Shown piece by piece: positions 54,622 through 64,000 of a stretch of 64,000 nt of DNA. A model generated the notes under the pieces. The model did no database searches. It was given only the letters and a program-made list of their open reading frames with translations, and was not told the DNA's origin. Source of the DNA: an uncultured Candidatus Rokubacteria bacterium (lineage in GTDB: Bacteria; Methylomirabilota; Methylomirabilia; Rokubacteriales; CSP1-6); contig CAVWWD010000003.1 of NCBI GenBank assembly GCA_963758635.1, positions 64,001 through 128,000 of the forward strand, read 5' to 3'. Position 1 is the stretch's first letter. The number at the start of each line of letters is the position of its first letter. The translations under genes and the position numbers were made by a program.

Positions 54622-55871
54622 GTGTCCATCGCGCCCGAACCCGTGCGCGTCATTGCACGCCGTCCGTCTCTTCTTCTCCTCGTCTCGGTCGTCCTCCTCA
54701 CCCTGACCGTGGCCGCCCTCGAATTCCTGCTGGGATCGCGGGGCGTCCTGACCGTCACATGCCTCGCCGCCGGGGTGTTCGACCGTCTCGCCGACGGCGC
54801 GCGCTGGCTCGGCCGGTGGTCGGGCCGTCTGGAGGGCAACGTCGCCGACGCGCCGGCCCCCGATCTCTACCGGCGAGGCCTCGCCGCCGAGCGCGCGGGC
54901 AAGACCGAGACGGCCGCGCGTGACTTCGAGGAGGTGCTGCGGCGCGAGCCCGGGCATGCCGGGGCGCACGGCCGGCTCGCCGACCTCGCGGGTCGGCGCG
55001 GCGACACGCAGGCCGCCCTGACCCACGCGCTCCTCGCCCTGCGCGCGGAGGACAGCGCCGACGCGCTCCTCGCCGCCGGCGATGCCTACGCGGGCGCCGA
55101 CCGGATCGAGGACGCGCTCCAGATGTTCCAGCAGGTGCTGGCCCGCGATCCCGACCACCCGGTCGCGCTCCGGCGCGCGCGCGACACCGCGGTGACGCAC
55201 ACGCGATGGGCGGACGCCCTCCACGTCCAGGAGCGGCTCGTCAAGCTCGTCGGCGCCGCGGAGCGGACGGTCGAGCGCGAATGCCTCGCCGGGATCCACT
55301 ACCAGATCGGCACGAGCCGGCTGGCCGGCGGGGACGCCGCGGGGGCGGTCGGCGCGTTCAGGGACGCGCTGCGCGTGCAGGCCGACTTCGTCCCCGCCCA
55401 CGTCGGGCTCGGCGACGCTCACCAGAAGACGGGCGACGGCGCGCAGGCCCTCCGCGCCTGGGAGCGGGGCCTCGACGCCGCGCCCGGCTCCCTGCCGCTC
55501 CTGCATCGCGTGGAGCACGTGCATCGAGCCGAGGGTCGCCCGCGGCGGATGATCGCGCTCTACGAGCGGGCGGCGGCGCGCTGTCCGGACGACCTCGCGG
55601 TGGCCGTCGCGCTCGGGCGCGTCTACTTCGAGCTGTCCATGCTCGACGAGGCCGCCGATCAGTTCGAGAAGATCGAGGTGCGCGCGCCGTCGCTGCCCGC
55701 GCTGCACGGCTACCTGGGCCGCATCTTCGAGCGGCGCGGGCTCCTCCGCGACGCCTGCGAGGAATACCGCCGCGGGCTCGACGCCACCGGCCCCCTCGAG
55801 TGGCCGCATCGCTGCGCGGCGTGCGGGACCGCCCACGTGGGCTGGGCGGATCGGTGCCCGGCGTGTCGCCG

Positions 55872-55893
<22 letters not shown>
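54622..55893 (+). CDS. Membrane-anchored TPR protein with a C-terminal rubredoxin-like motif (LapB-like)
   Basis: N-terminal TM, TPR repeats and C-terminal CAACG...CPAC..W. Confidence 0.72.
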
Positions 55894-57780
<1,887 letters not shown>

Positions 57781-57856
57781 GCCCGCATCATGCGCGAATG
57801 GAGAGCAGGCCCGCTCCTCACGGGACTGGCCTCATGACCCTCGCAACGTGCGCTCA

Positions 57857-57916
57857 CCGCCACGGGCCTCTACAGTCCCACCGCCCGGCATTCGTCTGAT
57901 GCGCGGGGCTCAGTAG
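57857..57916 (+). repeat. Hairpin repeat family A, copy 4 (6 nt before the pgk ATG)
   Basis: ccgccacgggcctctacagtcccaccgcccggcattcgtctgatgcgcggggctcagtag. Confidence 0.9.
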
Positions 57917-57922
57917 ACCGGC

Positions 57923-59107
57923 ATGGCCAAGAAGAGCGTCGCCGAGCTGGACTGCTCCGGTCGCCGGATCTTCCTCCGCGCCGACTTCAACGTGCCCCTC
58001 GATGGTGACCGGGTCACCGACGACACCCGGATCACCTCGGTCGTGCCCACCATCGAGCACTGCCTGAAGAGTGGGGCCGCCCTCGTGCTCGCGTCCCACC
58101 TGGGGCGCCCGAAGGGCAAGGCGGATCCGCGCTACTCGCTGCGCCCGGTCGCCGCCCGGCTCGGTGAGCTGCTCGGGCGTCAGGTCGCCCTGGCCCCGGA
58201 TTGCGTGGGGCCCGAGGTGGAAGCCGCGGCCCGCGGGCTCCGCCCGGGCGACGTGTTGCTCCTCGAGAACCTGCGCTTCCACCCGGAGGAAGAGGCCAAT
58301 GACGAGGCGTTCGCCCGGCAGCTCGCGGCGCTCGCCGATCTCTACGTCGACGACGCCTTCGCCGCCGCCCACCGCGCCCACGCGTCGATCGAGGCGGTGA
58401 CGCGCTTCCTTCGGCCCGCCGTGGCCGGGCTCCTGATGAAGCGGGAGCTCGAGGCCCTCGCCCGGATCTTCGATGCGCCGCGGCGCCCCGTGATCGCCGT
58501 GCTCGGCGGCGCGAAGGTCTCCGACAAGCTGGCGCTCGTCGAGCACCTCCTGGACCGGGTCGACGGGCTCGTGATCGGCGGGGGCATGGCGTTCACCTTC
58601 CTCGCCGCGCTCGGCCACGCCGTCGGCCGCTCGCTCCTGGAGCCCGACCGGGTTCCAGCGGCGAGAGTCACGCTCGCCCGCGCGCGACAGCGCGGCGTCG
58701 CCGTGGGGCTGCCGGTCGACGTGGTGGCGGCGAGCTCGCCGGACAGCACGGAAGGCATCCGCACGGTGACGGTCCGCGAGATCCCCGCGGACCTGATGGG
58801 GCTCGACATCGGCGCGGCCACCGTCGCCCGCTTCGAGGCCGCGCTCAAGGGCGCGGGCACCATCGTCTGGAACGGGCCGATGGGCGTCTTCGAGAAGGCG
58901 CCCTTCGCGGCCGGCACGATCGGGGTCGGCCGCGCCGTCGCGGCCTCGCCGGCGTTCAGCGTGATCGGCGGCGGCGACACGATCGCCGCCGTGCAGGCCG
59001 CCGGCGTGGCTTCGAGCATCGGTTACATCTCGACGGCAGGCGGCGCGTTCCTCGAGTACCTGGAGGGTCGGGTGCTTCCGGGCGTCGCCGCCCTCGACGA
59101 CGCGTGA
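57923..59107 (+). CDS. pgk: Phosphoglycerate kinase
   Basis: RADFNVP, SHLGRP, LENLRF, GGAKVSDK and WNGPMGVFE. Confidence 0.97.
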   Translation: MAKKSVAELDCSGRRIFLRADFNVPLDGDRVTDDTRITSVVPTIEHCLKSGAALVLASHLGRPKGKADPRYSLRPVAARLGELLGRQVALAPDCVGPEVEAAARGLRPGDVLLLENLRFHPEEEANDEAFARQLAALADLYVDDAFAAAHRAHASIEAVTRFLRPAVAGLLMKRELEALARIFDAPRRPVIAVLGGAKVSDKLALVEHLLDRVDGLVIGGGMAFTFLAALGHAVGRSLLEPDRVPAARVTLARARQRGVAVGLPVDVVAASSPDSTEGIRTVTVREIPADLMGLDIGAATVARFEAALKGAGTIVWNGPMGVFEKAPFAAGTIGVGRAVAASPAFSVIGGGDTIAAVQAAGVASSIGYISTAGGAFLEYLEGRVLPGVAALDDA

Positions 59108-59118
59108 GGGCGGGCGCG

Positions 59119-59898
59119 ATGCGGGTGCCGCTGATCGTCGCGAACTGGAAGATGCACGGTGGCCTCGCCGAGGGCAAGGAGCTGGCGCAGGCCGTGCGTG
59201 ACGGACTCCGGCGGGCCCGAGGGGCCGAGGTCGTCATCTGCGCTCCGTACACCTCGCTCACGACGGTGGGAGGCGTGCTCGCCGGCTCGCCGATCGGCCT
59301 CGGGGCCCAGAACTGTCACTGGGAGCAGCGGGGCGCGTTCACCGGCGAGGTCTCCGCCGAGATGCTCGCCGAGGCCGGCTGCCGGCTCGTCCTCGTGGGG
59401 CATTCCGAGCGGCGGCACGTCTTCCATGAATCCGACGAGGAGATCGGCAAGAAGGTCGAGGCGTGCCTGCGGGCCGGCCTGCAGCCTCTCCTGTGCGTCG
59501 GCGAGACGGCGGAGGAGCGGCGCCAGGGGCTGACCTTCACCGTCGTCGAGGGCCAGCTCCGGGCCGGGTTCGCGGGGCTGTCCACCGCCGACATCGATCG
59601 CTGCGTGCTCGCCTACGAGCCCGTGTGGGCGATCGGGACCGGCGTCAACGCCACGCCGGGCCAGGCCGCGGAGGTGCACGGCTACCTGCGCGGCCTGCTC
59701 TCGGAGCTGGCTTCGAAGGAGACGGCCCAGCTGATGCGCATCCTGTATGGGGGCAGCGTCAAGGCCGACAACGCGGGCGATCTCGTCACCGAGCCGGACA
59801 TCGACGGCGTCCTCGTCGGGGGCGCGAGCCTGCAGGCGCCCGGCTTCGTCACCATCGTCAAGAAATGCGCGGCCGCGCGAAGCGGCGCCAAGGAGTGA
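59119..59898 (+). CDS. tpiA: Triosephosphate isomerase
   Basis: NWKM, GHSERR, AYEPVWAIGTG and YGGSV. Confidence 0.97.
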   Translation: MRVPLIVANWKMHGGLAEGKELAQAVRDGLRRARGAEVVICAPYTSLTTVGGVLAGSPIGLGAQNCHWEQRGAFTGEVSAEMLAEAGCRLVLVGHSERRHVFHESDEEIGKKVEACLRAGLQPLLCVGETAEERRQGLTFTVVEGQLRAGFAGLSTADIDRCVLAYEPVWAIGTGVNATPGQAAEVHGYLRGLLSELASKETAQLMRILYGGSVKADNAGDLVTEPDIDGVLVGGASLQAPGFVTIVKKCAAARSGAKE

Positions 59899-59905
59899 GA
59901 CTTCA

Positions 59906-60247
59906 GTGCTGATACTCCTCATGATCCTGCACGTGCTGGTCTGTCTCGTCATCGTGGGCCTCGTCCTGCTCCAGGCCGGCAAGGGGGCGGACATCGGCTC
60001 CGCCTTCGGAGGGACCGGGAGCCAGGCCGTCTTCGGCTCGATGGGGACGCCCACCGTCCTCGGCAAGGCCACGACGGTGGCGGCGATCCTCTTCATGGTG
60101 ACGTCCTTCGTCCTGGCCAGCCAGGGGGGCAAGCGCGCCAGCACGATCATGCCGGCCACCGCGCCGCCTCCCGCTGCCGCGCCCGCGGCGCCGTCCGCTC
60201 CGACACCCGCCACGCCTCCGCCCGCGACTCCGCCGGCCCAGAAGTAG
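59906..60247 (+). CDS. secG: Preprotein translocase subunit SecG
   Basis: VLLQAGKGADIGSAFGG, two TM segments, and position after tpiA. Confidence 0.93.
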   Translation: MLILLMILHVLVCLVIVGLVLLQAGKGADIGSAFGGTGSQAVFGSMGTPTVLGKATTVAAILFMVTSFVLASQGGKRASTIMPATAPPPAAAPAAPSAPTPATPPPATPPAQK

Positions 60248-60256
60248 GCGGTCGGG

Positions 60257-61939
60257 ATGCGCGGTGGGCGGACGTTCTGCGGGCGGACCGGGCGACGGGC
60301 CGCGCTCGCCGTCGTCGCGTGCTGGCTAGGCGGCGCGCTCCTCGCCGGCTGCGGCGGCGAGGTGGAGGGACGGGCCGACGAGGGGGCGGGGGGCGGGCCG
60401 GTCTACGGCGACACCCTCGTCCACTCGCACATCGCGGACATCTCCGGCCTGATTCCCAACATCACGGCCGACGCCGCGTCGCACGAGGTGGGCAACCGGA
60501 TCTACGACGCCCTCATCACGAACGATCGCGAGCTGAACTGGCAGGGCCAGCTCGCCGAGTCGTGGGAGTTCAGCGCGGACTGTCGTGAGCTGACGTTCAA
60601 GCTGCGCCGGGACGTGAAGTGGCACGACGGACAACCGTTCACCGCCGAGGACGTCCGCTTCACGTACGAGGCGATGATCCATCCGAAGACGCCGACGGCG
60701 TATCGCGACGATTTCCTCCAGGTCAAGGACGTGCAGGTCGTGGACCCCCACACGGTGCGCGTCTCCTACGACAAGCCGCACGCCCGCGCGCTCGAGACGT
60801 GGGGCATGAACATGCTGCCCAAGCACCTGCTCGCCAAGGCGGTGGCCGACGGCAAGCTCAAGGAGGCGCCGCAGAACAGCACGCAGCCGGTGGGCACCGG
60901 CCCCTATCGCTTCCGCGAGTGGAAGAGCGGGGAGAAGATCGTCCTCGTCGCCAACCCGGACTACTACGGGGGACGGCCGTACATCGGGCGCCGCGTCTAT
61001 CGCGTCATCCCGAGCCAGGGGACGATCTTCCTCGAGCTGAAGGCGCGGGGCGTGGATCTCTCCTCCCTCACCGCGCTCCAGTACGTCCGCCAGACCGAGT
61101 ATCCGGCGTTCCGCCGCCACTACCACCGGTACAAGTACCCGTCGCCCGGGTTCACGTACCTCGGCCTGAACCTGAAGGACCCGCGCTTCGCGGACCTCCG
61201 CGTGCGCCAGGCGTTCGCCCACGCCATCAACAAGCAGGAGCTCGTCGACGGGGTCGTGCTGGGCATGGCGCGCGACGCCACGGGCCCGATCCGGCCCGGC
61301 ACCTGGGCGTGGACGGACAAGGTCAAGCGCTACGACTACAGCGTGGAGAAGGCGCGGGCCCTCCTCGCCGCGGCGGGCTGGCGGGACAAGAACGGCGACG
61401 GGATCCTGGAGGACGAGCAGGGGAGGCCGTTCAAGTTCACGATCCGCACCAACCAGGGCAACGAGGAGCGCAAGAAGGTCGCGGAGATCATGCAGCAGCG
61501 GCTGAAGGAGGTGGGGGTCTCCACGGAGATCCAGATCATCGAGTGGTCGGCGTTCATCAAGGAGTTCATCCGCAAGCGCCGGTTCGAGGCCATCGTGATG
61601 GGCTGGGCGGTGCCCGTCGATCCCGATCAGTACGTGCTCTGGCACTCCGCGGAGTCCCGCCCGGAAGGCCTCAACCACATCCAGTACGCGAACCCGAGAG
61701 TCGACGCGCTGCTCGAGGCGGGTCGCTCCTCGTGCGTCCGGACGGAGCGCCTCCGGCACTACCACGAGTTGCAGGAGGTCCTGGCCGCGGACCTACCCGT
61801 CATCTTCCTCTACTTCCGCGACGGCCTCGTGGCCGTGGCCTCCCGGGTGCGCGGCGTGGACCCGGGCCCCGCGGGGATCCTCCACAACATGGAGCAGTGG
61901 TACGTGCCCCGCGCTCTCCAGCGGTACACGTCGGGCTAG
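60257..61939 (+). CDS. Peptide/nickel ABC transporter substrate-binding lipoprotein (family 5)
   Basis: Lipobox LAGC, LAESW, LRRDVKWHDG.PFTAEDV and PVGTGPY. Confidence 0.9.
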   Translation: MRGGRTFCGRTGRRAALAVVACWLGGALLAGCGGEVEGRADEGAGGGPVYGDTLVHSHIADISGLIPNITADAASHEVGNRIYDALITNDRELNWQGQLAESWEFSADCRELTFKLRRDVKWHDGQPFTAEDVRFTYEAMIHPKTPTAYRDDFLQVKDVQVVDPHTVRVSYDKPHARALETWGMNMLPKHLLAKAVADGKLKEAPQNSTQPVGTGPYRFREWKSGEKIVLVANPDYYGGRPYIGRRVYRVIPSQGTIFLELKARGVDLSSLTALQYVRQTEYPAFRRHYHRYKYPSPGFTYLGLNLKDPRFADLRVRQAFAHAINKQELVDGVVLGMARDATGPIRPGTWAWTDKVKRYDYSVEKARALLAAAGWRDKNGDGILEDEQGRPFKFTIRTNQGNEERKKVAEIMQQRLKEVGVSTEIQIIEWSAFIKEFIRKRRFEAIVMGWAVPVDPDQYVLWHSAESRPEGLNHIQYANPRVDALLEAGRSSCVRTERLRHYHELQEVLAADLPVIFLYFRDGLVAVASRVRGVDPGPAGILHNMEQWYVPRALQRYTSG

Positions 61940-61957
61940 AGGCGTCCGTCCGCCTCG

Positions 61958-62951
61958 ATGGTCCTGTTCGCGCTCCGGCGCTTCCTCCTGGCGATTCCCC
62001 TGCTGATCGGCATCACCTTCATCTCGTTCCTGGTCATCCACTTGGCGCCCGGCGAGCCCATCGACGTCCAGACGGGCGACGTGAGCATGCAGAGCACGGC
62101 CCAGGCGCGCCAGGCGCTGCGCGAGCTGTACGGGCTCGACAAGCCCCTGCACGTGCAGTACTGGAGCTGGCTGACGCGCATCGCGCGGCTCGACTTCGGC
62201 CGGTCGTTCCAGCCCGACGGCCGCCCCGTGCTCGCCAAGATCGCGGAGCGGCTGCCCGTCACGCTGCTCCTGAACCTCGTGGAGCTCCTGATCATCCTCG
62301 CGTTCGCGGTGCCGATCGGGGTGCTCTCGGCCACGCGCCAGTACTCCGCCTTCGACCAGGTCACGACGGTGTTCGTCTTCGTCGGATTCGCCACGCCGGA
62401 CTTCTGGCTGGCGCTCCTCCTCATGATGCTGTTCGGCGTGCAGCTCGGCTGGCTGCCCATCTCCGGCCTCCGCTCGCTGAACTGGGAGTACCTCACGTTC
62501 TGGGCCCAGCAGGGCGACTTCCTGAGCCATCTCGTCCTGCCCATCGCGGTGGCCACGTTCGGCGGCCTCGCCGGCTTCTCGCGGTACATGCGGCAGAGCA
62601 TGCTCGAGGTGGTGCGCCAGGACTACATCCAGACCGCGCGCGCCAAGGGGCTCTCGGAGGGCGTGGTCATCGGCAAGCACGCGCTGCGGAACGCGCTCCT
62701 GCCCGTGGTCACGATCCTCGGTCTGTCGCTGCCCGGCCTGATCGGCGGCAGCGTGATCATCGAGTCGATCTTCGCCATCCCGGGCATGGGCCAGCTCATG
62801 GTCCAGGCGGTGTTCGCGCGCGACTATCCGCTGATCATGGGCAACCTCGTCATCGTGGCGACCCTCACCCTGTTCGCCAACCTGATGGCCGACATCTGCC
62901 TACGGGCTCGTCGACCCGCGCATCCGGTTCGCCGGCCGCCGGCGCCGCTGA
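61958..62951 (+). CDS. Peptide ABC permease (OppB/DppB-like); indel near 62900 causes an apparent fusion
   Basis: [25 protein letters not shown], and a corrected end Y..VDPRIR..TGA. Confidence 0.88.
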
Positions 62952-63841
62952 TGCCGGCCGGCGCGACCGCTTCCCCCGTCGCCCGCGGGGCGCTCCGTCA
63001 GTTCTGGCTCACCTTCCGCCGCAACCGGCTGTCCGTGTGCGGGGCCATCGTCGTCGGGATCCTCGTGCTGCTGGCCGTGCTCGCGCCCGTCATCGCGCCG
63101 TGGGACCCGCACGCGCCCAACACCAAGAAGATCCTGATCGCGCCGTCGGGGAGCCACTGGCTCGGCACCGACCAGCTGGGGCGCGACGTGTTCTCGCGCG
63201 TGCTCTACGGGGCGCGGGTTTCCCTCGCGGTGGGCTTCGTCTCGGTGGGGATCGCCGCCCTCATCGGCATCCTGCTCGGGGCGGCCGCGGGCTATCACGG
63301 GGGCCTCGTCGACGGCGTGATCATGCGCATGGTCGACCTCGTGCTCGTCTTCCCGCGGTTCTTCCTGCTCCTCGCCGTGCTCGCGTTCATCCAGCCGTCC
63401 ATCTGGACGATCATGGCCGTGATCGGGCTCACGGGATGGATGGGGGTGGCCCGGCTGGTGCGCGCGGAGTTCCTGACCCTCAAGGAGCGCGAGTTCGTCA
63501 TCTGGTCCGAGTCGGTGGGGGCGAGCACCCCGCGGGTGATCGTCCGGCACATCCTCCCCAACGCGCTGGCCCCCGTGCTGGTGGCGATGACGCTCGGCAT
63601 CCCCGCGGCCATCCTGACCGAGTCCGGGCTGTCCTTCCTCGGCCTGGGCGTGCAGCCGCCCTACGCGACGTGGGGCAACATCCTCAACGATGGCAAGGAC
63701 TCGATCGAGATCGCCTGGTGGATGACCGTGTACCCCGGGCTGGCGATCCTGATCACCGTCCTCTCCTACAACCTGCTGGGCGAGGGCATCCGCGACGCGC
63801 TCGACCCGCGCCTGCGCCGGGCCGCCGGCCGGCCGAGGTAG
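62951..63841 (+). CDS. Peptide ABC permease (OppC/DppC-like)
   Basis: HWLGTD.LGRD, HILPN, LSFLGLG and [10 protein letters not shown]. Confidence 0.9.
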   Translation: MPAGATASPVARGALRQFWLTFRRNRLSVCGAIVVGILVLLAVLAPVIAPWDPHAPNTKKILIAPSGSHWLGTDQLGRDVFSRVLYGARVSLAVGFVSVGIAALIGILLGAAAGYHGGLVDGVIMRMVDLVLVFPRFFLLLAVLAFIQPSIWTIMAVIGLTGWMGVARLVRAEFLTLKEREFVIWSESVGASTPRVIVRHILPNALAPVLVAMTLGIPAAILTESGLSFLGLGVQPPYATWGNILNDGKDSIEIAWWMTVYPGLAILITVLSYNLLGEGIRDALDPRLRRAAGRPR

Positions 63842-63872
63842 GGCGCCCGGAGCGCGGGAGCGCGGCGCTCGT

Positions 63873-63902
63873 TTGACAAGCCGCGCGACGGCGCGGCATA
63901 CT
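63873..63902 (+). promoter_or_regulatory. Putative sigma70 promoter of tRNA-Leu
   Basis: TTGACA-18 nt-CATACT. Confidence 0.6.
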
Positions 63903-63916
63903 TTGCCCTCGCTGGC

Positions 63917-64000
<84 letters not shown>

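Noticed and set aside
61958..63841. Apparent fused OppB-OppC permease (627 aa)
   Set aside because: One extra base near 62900. Correcting it restores the DPRIR end and a TGATG junction.

Overview
This is a very GC-rich, gene-dense bacterial chromosomal segment. Gene content and style suggest Candidatus Rokubacteria/Methylomirabilota, but that is inference. About 20 genes, including rplU, nuoI and proA, are broken by single-base indels, which I read as long-read assembly errors rather than pseudogenes. From left to right: (1) esterase, class II aldolase, orphan ABC permease and M20 peptidase; (2) a DNA-repair island with a YegP/DUF1508-like protein, a stand-alone LigD-type Prim-Pol, an unknown protein, a PolX-PHP lacking the canonical polymerase aspartates, and UdgX; (3) a CoA-transferase/CitE-lyase/amidohydrolase/CCG Fe-S cluster; (4) a JmjC protein and an internally deleted D-aminoacylase; (5) addB-addA, ogt, two LLM oxidoreductases and an M28-PDZ peptidase; (6) a five-gene operon of radical SAM, atypical Cys-bearing metallophosphoesterase, DedA/TVP38, TIGR04283-type glycosyltransferase and DUF3047; (7) ggt, a secreted beta-helix protein with a lipoprotein methyltransferase, and purE; (8) an 11-subunit complex I operon (no nuoEFG) with a NIPSNAP gene inside; (9) TetR, ECF sigma, rplU-rpmA-obgE-proBA-nadD-rsfS, dksA-like, lapB-like, comF, gap-pgk-tpiA-secG, a peptide ABC transporter and tRNA-Leu(GAG). 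Intergenic DNA carries at least three dispersed repeat families: a ~60-bp hairpin (4 copies), a ~95-bp MITE-like element (5 copies) and a ~115-bp palindromic element (2 copies). There are also several local tandem duplications. No CRISPR array, transposase or prophage is visible.
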